A DNA stretch of 40,000 bases from Staphylococcus aureus (GCA_040062795.1 JBEAMH010000001.1:289597-329596); one strand, 5' to 3'. Shown: positions 1 to 13,701, counted from the first letter of the stretch. The notes: generated by a model from the letters alone, not told the origin. Program-made: numbers and translations.

Positions 1-84
1 AATATAAAACCATAATCTAGTCATATAGGAATTAGTTGTGCTAAAATTATTATAAATTAATTACCTAATATAACTACTACCATC

Positions 85-110
85 GACGCCTCTTAAGAGG
101 TGTCTTTTTT
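85..110 (+). terminator. Rho-independent terminator of a gene ending upstream of the window
   Basis: Hairpin GACGCCTC-TTAA-GAGGTGTC (one G.U pair) followed by TTTTTT. Confidence 0.6.
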
Positions 111-190
111 AATGTAATTTATACGTTAAGGTGCGCAATCATAATAAATTAGTTAATAGATAATGTTATTTAGGTCGAAGGAGTGAGGTT

Positions 191-1036
191 ATGACAAAGC
201 TTTTTAATAAGCATTTTAAAAATATTATGTTCTGTATTATTGGTACACTGATTAATGCAATTGGCGTAAACTGTTTCTTATTAGGATCAAACCTAGGGGA
301 TGGAGGGACGGTCGGCATCTCGTTAGCGTTATTATATTCATTTGGACTATCGCCAGCTTGGACATCACTCATTATAAATACATTAGTTGTATTTATAGGG
401 TGGAAGTTTTTAAGTAAAACGACAGCAGTTTATACAGTTATAGCGAATACCTCACTCTCATTGTTTTTACATTTAACAGAGAATATTAATCTCGGTGTCG
501 ATAATTTTGTGATTAATTCTGTTTTTGGCGGTGCTATTATTGGTATTGGCGGAGGTTTAGTGATTGCTACAGGTAGTACGCTTGGTGGGACGTCAGTTAT
601 AGCTAAGATTATTAATAAATATTCAGAAATCAAAACGTCCCAAGGTATTTTTGTTTTAGATGGGCTTGTGGTACTATCATTTTTAATTGTACTACCATTA
701 GAGAACGTTTTATTTACAATACTGATGCTATTTGTAACTGAAAGAGCAACTTCATTTATTATAGAAGGATTTAATCCTAAAAAGGCAGTGACTGTGATTT
801 CTAGTAAAAGCGAAACAATTAGTGATAGAATAAATGCTTTTACTGGTAGAGGATCAACGATTTTAACAGGTAGAGGTGGCTATCGTAAAAGCGAGACACA
901 TATGCTTTATGTGGTAGTGCCGCAATCTCAAGTGACGAGAGTGAAAAAGTTAGTTAATGAAGAAGATGAAAATGCCTTTTTAGTCATCCATGATGTGAGA
1001 GATGTGTTAGGCAGTACGTTTATAAATGTAAAATAA
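191..1036 (+). CDS. YitT-family (DUF2179-type) integral membrane protein
   Basis: 281-aa ORF with a GAAGGAG RBS upstream of ATG. Glycine-rich multi-pass hydrophobic N-terminal part plus a soluble C-terminal domain, the architecture of YitT-family proteins. Confidence 0.75.
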   Translation: MTKLFNKHFKNIMFCIIGTLINAIGVNCFLLGSNLGDGGTVGISLALLYSFGLSPAWTSLIINTLVVFIGWKFLSKTTAVYTVIANTSLSLFLHLTENINLGVDNFVINSVFGGAIIGIGGGLVIATGSTLGGTSVIAKIINKYSEIKTSQGIFVLDGLVVLSFLIVLPLENVLFTILMLFVTERATSFIIEGFNPKKAVTVISSKSETISDRINAFTGRGSTILTGRGGYRKSETHMLYVVVPQSQVTRVKKLVNEEDENAFLVIHDVRDVLGSTFINVK

Positions 1037-1245
1037 TAGTAACGGGGTAGTTTTTAATAGTTGAAAAACAATTGTCTTGCATTGATTTTTAGCATATTAT
1101 AGATTACATAGATTACTAGATATATTAAAGGTAAGCTTGATATGAGCTTGTTATCTTAACCATACGTGTAGTAGGACATAAAAACAACGTCATCAGCTTT
1201 TAAAAACTAATGACGTCGAATGGGATTGAACAAAGCTTATTAAAG

Positions 1246-1317
1246 TCCCCTCGAAGGGAATCGAACCCCTATTTTAAGAACCGGAATCTTATGTGTTATC
1301 CATTACACTACGAGGGG
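1246..1317 (-). tRNA. tRNA-Arg, anticodon CCG
   Basis: The reverse complement folds as a cloverleaf. The 7-bp acceptor is CCCCTCG/CGAGGGG, the D arm is GTGT..ACAC, and the anticodon stem TAAGA/TCTTA carries loop TTCCGGT (anticodon CCG). The T arm is AGGGG-TTCGATT-CCCTT. CCA is not encoded. Confidence 0.9.
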
Positions 1318-1405
1318 ATAAAAAACAACACTAGTATTAGTGTACAAATCTTAGAAGTAGCGGTCAATAAGAATAATATAAGTTTCGTGAAATGGGAGCT
1401 TTATT

Positions 1406-1435
1406 TTTGACCATATTTGACTTTTGAGTTAAAAT
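1406..1435 (+). promoter_or_regulatory. clpP promoter (-35 TTGACC, -10 TAAAAT, 17-nt spacer) overlapped by a CtsR operator
   Basis: TTTGACC-ATA-TTTGACT at 1406-1422 is the reverse complement of the CtsR direct-repeat consensus (A/G)GTCAAA-NAN-(A/G)GTCAAA. clpP is a classic CtsR target in low-GC Gram-positives. Confidence 0.75.
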
Positions 1436-1469
1436 AAATTTATCAATTAGAAATGAGGAGGCAATATTA

Positions 1470-2054
1470 ATGAATTTAATACCTACAGTAATTGAAACAA
1501 CAAACCGTGGGGAACGTGCATATGACATATACTCACGTTTATTAAAAGACCGTATTATTATGTTAGGTTCACAAATCGATGATAATGTAGCAAACTCTAT
1601 TGTTTCACAATTATTATTCCTACAAGCCCAAGATGCTGAAAAAGATATCTATCTTTATATCAATTCGCCAGGTGGAAGTGTGACGGCTGGATTTGCAATT
1701 TATGATACTATCCAACACATTAAACCAGATGTACAAACAATCTGTATTGGTATGGCTGCCTCAATGGGTTCATTCCTACTTGCAGCAGGAGCAAAAGGTA
1801 AACGTTTTGCTTTACCAAACGCTGAAGTAATGATTCACCAACCACTTGGTGGTGCGCAAGGTCAAGCTACAGAAATTGAAATTGCAGCAAATCATATTCT
1901 AAAAACACGTGCTAAATTAAATCAAATTTTAGCAGAACGTACTGGTCAATCAATTGAAAAAATTGAGAAAGATACAGATCGTGATAACTTCTTATCAGCT
2001 GAAGAAGCGAAAGAATATGGTCTTGTTGACCAAGTTATGGCTCCAGAAGCATAA
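1470..2054 (+). CDS. clpP: ATP-dependent Clp protease proteolytic subunit ClpP
   Basis: The 194-aa protein is nearly identical over most of its length to S. aureus ClpP as I recall it ([30 protein letters not shown]...). RBS is GAGGAGG. Confidence 0.98.
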   Translation: MNLIPTVIETTNRGERAYDIYSRLLKDRIIMLGSQIDDNVANSIVSQLLFLQAQDAEKDIYLYINSPGGSVTAGFAIYDTIQHIKPDVQTICIGMAASMGSFLLAAGAKGKRFALPNAEVMIHQPLGGAQGQATEIEIAANHILKTRAKLNQILAERTGQSIEKIEKDTDRDNFLSAEEAKEYGLVDQVMAPEA

Positions 2055-2086
2055 TTTCAAAAGTAATATAGAATTTTATCTAAAAA

Positions 2087-2118
2087 AGACAAGTCGCATT
2101 GAGCGGCTTGTCTTTTTC
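2087..2118. terminator. Bidirectional rho-independent terminator between clpP and the convergent epimerase gene
   Basis: AGACAAGTCGC-ATTGA-GCGGCTTGTCT hairpin flanked by an A-run upstream and a T-run downstream. Confidence 0.8.
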
Positions 2119-2157
2119 TATATCTAATTATTACTTTAAGATGTGTAAAGGTAATGG

Positions 2158-3054
2158 TTATTTCACTAAATCCTCTAAAGCTGATTTTAAATCAGGATAT
2201 TTAAACTCAAAGTCTATAGCCTGTAATTTATTTGGAATAACTTTTTGCGTATCTAGTACGATTGTTGACATTTGACCTAATACTAACCTTAAAACTAGCG
2301 TAGGCACCCATGTGAAATGAGGACGGTGAGTAGCGCGTGCGAGTGTATAACCGAATAAGTTTTGATGTTCTACTATTGGCGCGGTAAAGTTGAAAACGCC
2401 ATGTGCATTGTCTTCATTAATTGTATAAAGAATCGCTCTTGTTAAATCTTCTAAATGAATCCAAGAATACCATTGTCTCCCAGAACCGAGTTTGCCACCA
2501 AGATATAAATCATAAGGTAATTTCATCAATGGTAAAGCACCACTATTTTTAGCAAGTACCATGCCGAATCTACCAATTACAACTCGTGTTCCTAAAGATT
2601 CAAATTGGCGTGCAAAGCGCTCCCATTGATAAACCACTTCAGATAAGAAGTCGAACGGCAATGATTGATGTAACTCTGTATAAGTACGATCGTAATCAGG
2701 TTTGTAATAACCGACCGCGCTAGCATTGAAGAATACAGAAGGTCTTTGTTTGCGATTTTTAAATAAGTCGTATAAAGCTTGCGTCGATTGTAAACGGCTT
2801 AGCATAATTGCTTGTTTATGGTTTTTTGTCCAACGATTCATCAAACTGGCGCCAGCTAGATTAATCACGATATCAATATCTGGGATTTTTGATTCCCAAT
2901 TTGCTTTAGACCAATTTACGTAAGTTATTTTTGGATGGGATGTAGATTTGTCTTGTCTTGTAAGAATTGTTATATGAGCGTCACTTTGTTGAATAGCATC
3001 AACTAGTTGGCTGCCAATCATACCTGTTCCGCCCGTAATTAAATAGTTTTTCAT
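2158..3054 (-). CDS. TIGR01777-family NAD-dependent epimerase/dehydratase-like protein (SDR fold with a DUF1731-type C-terminus)
   Basis: 298 aa. N-terminal Rossmann motif [12 protein letters not shown]. Length and C-terminal region are typical of YfcH/YfhF-like proteins, and the gene sits next to clpP as in S. aureus. Confidence 0.8.
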   Translation of the reverse strand: MKNYLITGGTGMIGSQLVDAIQQSDAHITILTRQDKSTSHPKITYVNWSKANWESKIPDIDIVINLAGASLMNRWTKNHKQAIMLSRLQSTQALYDLFKNRKQRPSVFFNASAVGYYKPDYDRTYTELHQSLPFDFLSEVVYQWERFARQFESLGTRVVIGRFGMVLAKNSGALPLMKLPYDLYLGGKLGSGRQWYSWIHLEDLTRAILYTINEDNAHGVFNFTAPIVEHQNLFGYTLARATHRPHFTWVPTLVLRLVLGQMSTIVLDTQKVIPNKLQAIDFEFKYPDLKSALEDLVK

Positions 3055-3217
3055 TATACCACCTCGCCATTAGTAATAATTTAAATTGCATTGAAGGTTT
3101 ATGATTCAAGTTCATCGCATAGACTGACATAAACTTTTCATAAAGTGTTCAATAATATGTCATTTAGTTACGTTAAGAAGTATTTAAAATAATATTGTTT
3201 GCTATTATAATGAAGTT

Positions 3218-3340
3218 ACCTTCAATATTAATTAATCATCTCTTAATTATTCGAGTATACCCCATAATATACTAATGAAGGTAAAATTTTGACTCCCTTT
3301 AGTAGTGGCCTGCACAATTATCGTGTAGGCCTATATTTAT
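3218..3340 (+). ncRNA. Candidate small RNA (positional candidate for an RsaH-like sRNA)
   Basis: TATAAT at 3206-3211. Long-range helix TACCTTCA (3217-3224) / TGAAGGTA (3276-3283). Unpaired UCCC at 3294-3297. Terminator-like hairpin GGCCTGCAC-AATTATC-GTGTAGGCC (3307-3331) followed by a U-rich tract. No CDS on this strand. Confidence 0.3.
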
Positions 3341-3413
3341 ATGCTAACGTAATTAAGCGTTTAGAACTATTATTTTACTTCAGTGTTATTAATATATTTT
3401 TATTAAGTATGAC

Positions 3414-3602
3414 TTAGAAGAACGTAAAAAATATGATGCTCGCAACAATTAATAGAAAACCAAGTAAGCTAAAGAAAAGATAATGCTTTTTTGATAAATG
3501 CGTAGAGTCAAAATGGTCATTTTCAACCATCATATGACGAAGACTTTTTTTATTGGTGGGGTTATGTTGTGATAAATCGTCGAATGGATCATGTTTTTTC
3601 AT
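3414..3602 (-). CDS. Small hypothetical protein with a C-terminal transmembrane helix
   Basis: 62-aa ORF with a hydrophobic tail (YLFFSLLGFLLIVASIIFFTFF). The RBS is weak. Confidence 0.45.
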   Translation of the reverse strand: MKKHDPFDDLSQHNPTNKKSLRHMMVENDHFDSTHLSKKHYLFFSLLGFLLIVASIIFFTFF

Positions 3603-3891
3603 ATTTAATTCACATCCTGTTATGATAATAATGAAGTATGTAAAGAAACTTTTAAAATCGAATAAAAGTGTTGAAAGTGTTGTTTAGTTTAGATTAATAT
3701 TGAGTTGAAACGCAAAGAATTAGTATATATATGTATTTTACTATAGAAATGACATCAAGATAATAACCTTACTAAATAATAGTTAATCAGTTTGATTAGT
3801 ATAAAAAATAGTGTAAAATATACATTTGACGATGAAAACTTATTCTGAATAAATATAAATACTATGATATAAATTGAAGTGAGGGGAGCTT

Positions 3892-4545
3892 ATGTCCAAG
3901 CATAATCAAGATAACAAGAAAATGAGCAACTTTGCAAAAATCGCAAGTGCATTAATTATATTGTTATTAGTAGGCGGATTAATATTTGCTATTTTTGCTT
4001 TTGTCGACCATTCAAACAAAGCAAATGAACGTTTAGCTGATCAAAAACAAGAAGAAAAAGAGAAGAAAAAAAAGAAAGAGAAAGAAAAAGAAGAAAAAAA
4101 GAAAGAGAAAGAAAAATCTAAAGAAGAGACACAACAAACCCAACAAACACAACAAGTACCAACTACGCAACAAACTCAGCAGACCCAACAGACCCAACAG
4201 ACCCAACAGACCCAACAACAGCGAACAAATCAACCTGCTACAACAGAACGAACAATTGAAGAAAAAGACTCTCCTGAGAAAACAAAAGAAGCTACAACAG
4301 AAGAACGATCGACAGAAGAAAAGACGACAGAGGAGCGTTCAACAGAAGAACGTACCACAGAAGAACGTACCACAGAAGAACGAACTACTGAAGAGAAAAC
4401 ACCTGAACCTTCAACAGAAGAACGAACTACTGAAGAGAGAACGCCTGAACCTTCAACAGAAGAACGAAGCAGTCAAAGTGGCACAGAAGAAAAACCTTCT
4501 CAAGACGATGGTTCTAGTTCAGGTTCCTCAGAGGAAGAAGATTAA
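3892..4545 (+). CDS. Membrane-anchored, highly repetitive low-complexity protein (K/E block, TQQ repeats, TTEER repeats)
   Basis: 217-aa ORF with RBS GAGGGGAG. N-terminal TM helix (IASALIILLLVGGLIFAIFAFV), then a KEKEKK block, (TQQ)n and (T/S)TEE(R/K) tandem repeats, all visible as DNA tandem repeats. Confidence 0.75.
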   Translation: MSKHNQDNKKMSNFAKIASALIILLLVGGLIFAIFAFVDHSNKANERLADQKQEEKEKKKKKEKEKEEKKKEKEKSKEETQQTQQTQQVPTTQQTQQTQQTQQTQQTQQQRTNQPATTERTIEEKDSPEKTKEATTEERSTEEKTTEERSTEERTTEERTTEERTTEEKTPEPSTEERTTEERTPEPSTEERSSQSGTEEKPSQDDGSSSGSSEEED

Positions 4546-4587
4546 AAGGGCGCATCAGCAGTTTGAAAATAGGGTGGCGTAATATAT

Positions 4588-4626
4588 AAAAAGGAAGCAC
4601 TCGTCTAAATACGAGTGCTTCCTTTA
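4588..4626. terminator. Bidirectional rho-independent terminator
   Basis: AAAGGAAGCACTCG-TCTAAATA-CGAGTGCTTCCTTT perfect hairpin between convergent genes. Confidence 0.8.
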
Positions 4627-4725
4627 TGTGTAAATGTGTGATGAAAGTAATGAAAGAAAGTAAATATAGCGATATACTTGGAGCTATGAACTAGTTCCAA
4701 ATATGAATATATAATTCGCTCTATA

Positions 4726-4968
4726 TTAAAATAGGAAATTTAATAAAAAAGTTATGAAAGATGATAAAAGTATTAAAGTAATACAACCACTCAAACAACC
4801 CATTGGACCGCATCCACACCCAATATTTTTTGTGTAAATAAAAGAGTGAGGTGTATTATTGTACGAGTCTTTGTATGAGCTTTGACGAGGCTTATTAAAA
4901 TGCTCTGGTTTTTTATATCGCTGGTCATCAGGGTCGATAACTTCGGGTTGGTCTTTACGAGCCATCAT
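4726..4968 (-). CDS. Small hypothetical protein with a Cys/Gly-rich segment and a C-terminal TM helix
   Basis: The start is moved to ATG 4968, which has a GGGAGG RBS 5 nt upstream; the track start at 4980 lies inside that RBS. 80 aa, with GCGCGPMGCLSGC followed by a hydrophobic tail. Confidence 0.6.
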   Translation of the reverse strand: MMARKDQPEVIDPDDQRYKKPEHFNKPRQSSYKDSYNNTPHSFIYTKNIGCGCGPMGCLSGCITLILLSSFITFLLNFLF

Positions 4969-5271
4969 TTTTCCTCCCAATTATTATTATATAATCTATA
5001 TTAATAATAATAAGGTATCCGTTCAATCAAATCCTCTTGCAAATGTGTAGGGATCTGAATATTATGTCATTACAATAAAAAGAGACGTTTTTAAAAAGAA
5101 TAATTAGCGTATGATTAAATAACGAATTGAACGGGTAATATTTTACTGTAGGCAATAATAAAAACGTAATAGTTATGAGTGTTTAATATTTAATCAATAA
5201 TAGATGGTTATTTCTCTTGCAATTTCAAAATTATAGTAGTAGTATTGCTTCTATAAGAGGTTATATTTTTT

Positions 5272-5296
5272 TGTCCCACTAGGGACGTAAAAAGTC
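5272..5296 (+). promoter_or_regulatory. Putative CggR operator half-site upstream of cggR
   Basis: TGTC-ccact-AGGGAC-gtaaaa-AGTC resembles the B. subtilis CggR operator repeat (C)GGGAC-N6-TGTC as I recall it. It lies downstream of a possible promoter (TTGCAA 5217-5222, TAGTAT 5240-5245). The left half-site is degenerate. Confidence 0.4.
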
Positions 5297-5346
5297 AATC
5301 TATGGTTAGAACTTGACCCTTTAATTAGAAACGGAGGAGGATAGTA

Positions 5347-7424
<2,078 letters not shown>

Positions 7425-7489
7425 TTTCGGCGTAAAATTGATTTAGCAAGCTTAACAGGTTGTTAGATTTAAACAATAAGCTTAGGAGT

Positions 7490-7523
7490 AAGCGGGGAGC
7501 ACATCGCTTCTCCGCTTATTTTA
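7490..7523 (+). terminator. Intra-operon hairpin between gapA and pgk (partial terminator or processing/stabilising element)
   Basis: AGCGGGGAG-CACATCG-CTTCTCCGCT hairpin of about 8 bp with two G.U pairs, followed by TATTTTACTTTATT. Confidence 0.45.
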
Positions 7524-7555
7524 CTTTATTGTTCCATTCAGAGGAGGAAGCTTAT

Positions 7556-8746
7556 ATGGCTAAAAAAATTGTAACTGATATAGAATTACAAGGTAAAACG
7601 GTACTTGTTCGTGCAGATTTTAACGTCCCAATGAAAGATGGAGAAATCACAGATGATAACCGTATCGTTCAAGCATTACCAACAATAAAATATGTTATTG
7701 AACAAGGTGGGAAAATAGTATTATTCTCTCACTTAGGTAAAGTTAAAGAAGAAAGTGATAAAGCAGAATTAACTTTAAAACCAGTTGCTGAAGCATTGAC
7801 AGAAAAATTAGGTAAAGATGTTGAATTTGTGCCTGAAACACGTGGTGAAAAATTAGAAGCGTCTGTTAAAGCACTTAACGAAGGTGACGTACTTTTAGTT
7901 GAAAATACACGTTATGAAGACGTTGATGGTAAAAAAGAATCTAAAAATGATTCTGAATTAGGCAAATACTGGGCTTCACTTGGCGATGTATTTGTAAATG
8001 ATGCATTTGGTACTGCTCATCGCGAACATGCATCTAATGTTGGTATTGCATCTAATTTAGAAACAGTTGCTGGTTTCTTAATGGAAAAAGAAATTAAGTA
8101 TATCGGTGGTGTAGTTGAAAACCCTGATAAGCCTGTAGTTGCAATCCTTGGCGGCGCTAAAGTTTCTGACAAAATAGGCGTCATCACAAACTTATTGAAT
8201 ATTGCTGATAAAGTACTAATTGGTGGCGGAATGTCATACACATTCTTCAAAGCCCAAGGCAAAGAAATCGGTTTATCTTTATTAGAAGAAGATAAAATTG
8301 ACTTTGCAAAAGACTTATTAGACCGTGCTGGTGATCAAATCGTCTTACCAGTTGATTGTAAAGTAGCTAAAGAATTCTCAAACGATACTGAAATTACAGA
8401 AGTATCTGTTGATGAAATCCCAGCTGATCAAGAAGCTATGGACGTAGGACCTAAGACAGTAGAATTATTTAAAGAACAACTACAAGGTGCGCACACTGTT
8501 ATTTGGAATGGACCAATGGGCGTATTCGAATTAAGTAATTTTGCTAAAGGTACAAGCGGCGTTTGTGAAGCAATTGCAGAGCTAAAAGATGCTAACACTA
8601 TTATCGGTGGTGGCGATTCAGCTGCAGCAGCAATTTCATTAGGCTATGCAGATGACTTCAGCCATATCTCAACTGGTGGCGGTGCATCATTAGAATACCT
8701 TGAAGGCAAAGAATTGCCAGGCGTTATCGCAATCGCTAATAAATAA
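7556..8746 (+). CDS. pgk: Phosphoglycerate kinase
   Basis: The true start is ATG 7556 (MAKKIVTD...) after a GAGGAGGAAG RBS. The track ORF start at 7460 is an upstream in-frame extension crossing the hairpin. 396 aa. Confidence 0.97.
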   Translation: MAKKIVTDIELQGKTVLVRADFNVPMKDGEITDDNRIVQALPTIKYVIEQGGKIVLFSHLGKVKEESDKAELTLKPVAEALTEKLGKDVEFVPETRGEKLEASVKALNEGDVLLVENTRYEDVDGKKESKNDSELGKYWASLGDVFVNDAFGTAHREHASNVGIASNLETVAGFLMEKEIKYIGGVVENPDKPVVAILGGAKVSDKIGVITNLLNIADKVLIGGGMSYTFFKAQGKEIGLSLLEEDKIDFAKDLLDRAGDQIVLPVDCKVAKEFSNDTEITEVSVDEIPADQEAMDVGPKTVELFKEQLQGAHTVIWNGPMGVFELSNFAKGTSGVCEAIAELKDANTIIGGGDSAAAAISLGYADDFSHISTGGGASLEYLEGKELPGVIAIANK

Positions 8747-8806
8747 GTGCACGACTAACATTGCAAGACGTGATTATACAAAATAATAATCATAAATTAC
8801 TAATAG

Positions 8807-9580
<774 letters not shown>

Positions 9581-9581
9581 T

Positions 9582-11096
9582 ATGGCGAAACAACCAACTG
9601 CATTAATTATTTTAGATGGTTTTGCAAATAGAGAATCAGAACATGGCAATGCTGTAAAACTAGCTAATAAACCTAATTTTGACCGTTACTATAGCAAATA
9701 TCCAACGACTCAAATCGAAGCAAGTGGTTTAGATGTTGGTCTTCCTGAAGGTCAAATGGGTAATTCAGAAGTTGGTCATATGAATATCGGTGCTGGACGT
9801 ATTGTTTATCAAAGTTTAACGCGCATCAATAAATCTATTGAAGACGGTGATTTCTTTGATAATGAAGTGCTAAATAATGCGCTCCAACATGTTAAAGACA
9901 ATAATTCTGCATTACATCTCTTTGGCTTGTTATCTGATGGTGGCGTTCATAGTCATTATAAACACTTGTTCGCGTTATTAGAATTAGCTAAAAAACAAGG
10001 TGTTGAAAAAGTCTATGTTCATGGATTTTTAGACGGTCGTGATGTTGATCAAAAATCTTCATTGAAATATATAGAAGATACTCAAGCTAAATTTGATGAA
10101 ATTGGCGTTGGTCAATTTGCCTCTATATCAGGACGTTATTATGCTATGGATCGTGATAAACGTTGGGACAGAGAAGAAAAAGCATACAACGCTATCCGTA
10201 ATTTTGAAGGTGAAAAATTTGAATCGGCTAAAGCCGGTGTCGAAGCGAACTATGACAAAGGTTTAACAGATGAGTTTGTTGAACCATTTATAGTCGAGAA
10301 TCAAAATGAAGGTGTAAATGATGGTGATGCAGTAATCTTTTATAACTTCCGTCCAGACAGAGCAGGACAACTTTCTGAAGTCTTTACAGATAAAGCATTT
10401 GAAGGTTTCAAAGTCGAACAAATTAACGATTTATTTTACGCAACGTTTACAAAATACAATGATAATGTGGATGCAGAAATTGTTTTTGAAAAAGTTGATT
10501 TAACAAATACAATCGGTGAAGTTGCTCAAAACAATGGTTTGAAACAATTACGTATTGCTGAAACCGAAAAATTCCCACATGTGACTTATTTCATGAGTGG
10601 CGGACGTAATGATGAATTTGAAGGTGAACGTCGTCGTTTAATCGACTCACCTAAAGTTGCAACATATGACCTTAAACCAGAAATGAGTGCATATGAGGTT
10701 AAAGATGCGTTAATTGAAGAATTAAATGAAGGTGACTTAGATTTAATCTTATTAAACTTTGCGAACCCTGACATGGTTGGGCATAGTGGTATGCTTGAAC
10801 CGACAATCAAAGCGATTGAAGCAGTAGATGAATGTCTAGGTGAAGTAGTTGATAAAATCATCGACATGGGTGGTCATGCCATTGTTACAGCTGACCATGG
10901 TAACTCAGACATGGTGCTAACAGATGATGAGGAACCAATGACAACTCATACGACAAACCCTGTGCCTGTAATTGTTACAAAAGAAGGTGTCACATTACGT
11001 GAAACAGGACGACTAGGCGATTTAGCACCGACATTATTAGATTTACTTAATGTAGACCAACCAGAAGATATGACTGGCGAATCATTAATAAAATAA
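9582..11096 (+). CDS. gpmI: 2,3-bisphosphoglycerate-independent phosphoglycerate mutase
   Basis: ATG 9582 ([14 protein letters not shown]...) begins 2 nt after the tpiA stop. 504 aa with the iPGM motifs LDGF, GNSEVGH and ADHGN. Confidence 0.97.
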   Translation: MAKQPTALIILDGFANRESEHGNAVKLANKPNFDRYYSKYPTTQIEASGLDVGLPEGQMGNSEVGHMNIGAGRIVYQSLTRINKSIEDGDFFDNEVLNNALQHVKDNNSALHLFGLLSDGGVHSHYKHLFALLELAKKQGVEKVYVHGFLDGRDVDQKSSLKYIEDTQAKFDEIGVGQFASISGRYYAMDRDKRWDREEKAYNAIRNFEGEKFESAKAGVEANYDKGLTDEFVEPFIVENQNEGVNDGDAVIFYNFRPDRAGQLSEVFTDKAFEGFKVEQINDLFYATFTKYNDNVDAEIVFEKVDLTNTIGEVAQNNGLKQLRIAETEKFPHVTYFMSGGRNDEFEGERRRLIDSPKVATYDLKPEMSAYEVKDALIEELNEGDLDLILLNFANPDMVGHSGMLEPTIKAIEAVDECLGEVVDKIIDMGGHAIVTADHGNSDMVLTDDEEPMTTHTTNPVPVIVTKEGVTLRETGRLGDLAPTLLDLLNVDQPEDMTGESLIK

Positions 11097-11185
11097 ATTG
11101 AATATACAATCACGTTGTAATAAGTCAACGCAAGTTACAATAAATTTGCAAAAGACTTATTGCATCGTAAATTAAGTTGGATTAA

Positions 11186-12580
<1,395 letters not shown>

Positions 12581-12612
12581 TACGGCTTAAAAATTAAAGA
12601 GTTCACGCGCTA

Positions 12613-12646
12613 ACACGCAAGTCATCTATGGCTTGCGTGTTTTTTT
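12613..12646 (+). terminator. Rho-independent terminator of the gap operon
   Basis: ACACGCAAG-loop-CTTGCGTGT followed by TTTTTT. Confidence 0.85.
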
Positions 12647-12650
12647 AAAG

Positions 12651-12773
12651 AAGATCTTACTACTTTAGTAGTTAGATCTTCTTATGCAATAGCAAAAGCT
12701 ATTGTAAACCACAAGATGTACTACTTTAGTAGTTAGATCTTCTTATGCAATAGCAAAAGCTATTGTAAACCAC
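12651..12773. repeat. Tandem duplication of a 62/61-bp unit, each copy containing two hairpins
   Basis: Copy 1 is 12651-12712 and copy 2 is 12713-12773; they are identical except for one substitution and one 1-nt indel near the 5' end. Each has hairpin A (AAGATCTTACTAC-TTT-AGTAGTTAGATCTT) and hairpin B (CAATAGC-AAAA-GCTATTG). Confidence 0.9.
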
Positions 12774-12936
12774 AGAATGATTTTCTCAATGGTAAACGTA
12801 AGCTTTTACTATTGAGAATACATAAGTAGTACTAATCATATAGAATTCGAAGCACTGCTTTAACTTAAATTGTTCATCTTTCGCTATGAAACTGATATAA
12901 TTATAGATGTAAATAATAGAAGGAGCCTTAACTTAT

Positions 12937-13398
12937 ATGGAAGTAAAATCTAACTCAAGAGAAACAAAAACGGCTCACCTGATTGCTTATAGTTCGTTAA
13001 TTATTGCTATACTTTATGCAATACATTTATTTGTTGTCTTAGATGATAGTGTCATTAAACAATTACTCTTAAATAGTGAACAAAAGCCTTCAGAAAATGC
13101 TGTTGGAACAATAAAAAATAGCTTTCAATTTACAGGCGTAATGTATATATTTGCTAACTTAGCAGGTATCATTGCTATTTGGAATAGACATGCCTACTTA
13201 TGGTGGTTTATGTTTGCAGTTTTTATTTCTCAAATTCTATACAATGTCATAAACATTGGCCCGGTATATAAAGCGATATTAGATGTTAAAGAAGGTATCA
13301 ATTTAATTCCGTTGTCAGCTGTATTGATTATGTCATTAGTATTAGCGATTTATATACTTGCTGTTTCAATCAAACGTAAAAGCGCATTCAATAAATAG
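12937..13398 (+). CDS. Hypothetical multi-pass membrane protein
   Basis: 153 aa with an AAGGAG RBS and about four hydrophobic segments. Confidence 0.65.
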   Translation: MEVKSNSRETKTAHLIAYSSLIIAILYAIHLFVVLDDSVIKQLLLNSEQKPSENAVGTIKNSFQFTGVMYIFANLAGIIAIWNRHAYLWWFMFAVFISQILYNVINIGPVYKAILDVKEGINLIPLSAVLIMSLVLAIYILAVSIKRKSAFNK

Positions 13399-13466
13399 AA
13401 GTTTGCTAAAGACGATGAACGTGTGATATAATGCGATTCGTATATAATGAATGGAGGACAATTTTC

Positions 13467-13700
13467 ATGCATACAGTAATAATGATTCTTTTAGTTTTAG
13501 TTTGTATTGCATTAGTAACTGTTGTATTACTCCAAGAAGGTAAAAGTAATGGGCTATCAGGTGCTATAAGTGGTGGCGCCGAACAGTTATTTGGTAAACA
13601 AAAGCAGCGCGGTGTCGATTTATTCTTGCATCGATTAACAATTGTATTGTCTATCATTTTCTTCTTGTTAATGTTAGGCATAAGTTATTTTGGTTTATAA
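13467..13700 (+). CDS. secG: Preprotein translocase subunit SecG
   Basis: The start is moved to ATG 13467 (GGAGGA RBS). 77 aa, two TM helices separated by the glycine-rich loop [22 protein letters not shown], with conserved synteny upstream of est-rnr-smpB. Confidence 0.9.
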   Translation: MHTVIMILLVLVCIALVTVVLLQEGKSNGLSGAISGGAEQLFGKQKQRGVDLFLHRLTIVLSIIFFLLMLGISYFGL

Positions 13701-13701
13701 G

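Noticed and set aside
1210-1410. 66-aa plus-strand ORF in the track
   Set aside because: It lies directly over the minus-strand tRNA-Arg and the clpP CtsR/promoter region, and it has no RBS. It is an artefact of the tRNA sequence.
4033-4582. ORFs 4033-4233 (-) and 4256-4582 (+) with extremely repetitive L-rich or K/Q-rich products
   Set aside because: These are alternative-frame or antisense readings of the tandem repeats inside the 3892-4545 gene. They have no RBS, and their composition is dictated by the repeats.
7460-7555. N-terminal extensions of the track ORFs for pgk. The same applies to gpmI (9570), eno (11222), secG (13431), the VOC protein (26813), YozE (33625), GNAT (35505), the nitroreductase (37418) and the ArsC-like gene (38826).
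   Set aside because: Internal ATG codons are preceded by strong RBSs and match the conserved N-termini of these families. The extensions cross terminators, hairpins or RBS sequences.
12651-12773. Possibility that the tandem 61/62-bp repeats are a mini CRISPR array
   Set aside because: The two units abut directly with no unique spacers, the unit length is wrong for a repeat-plus-spacer, and no cas genes or leader are present.
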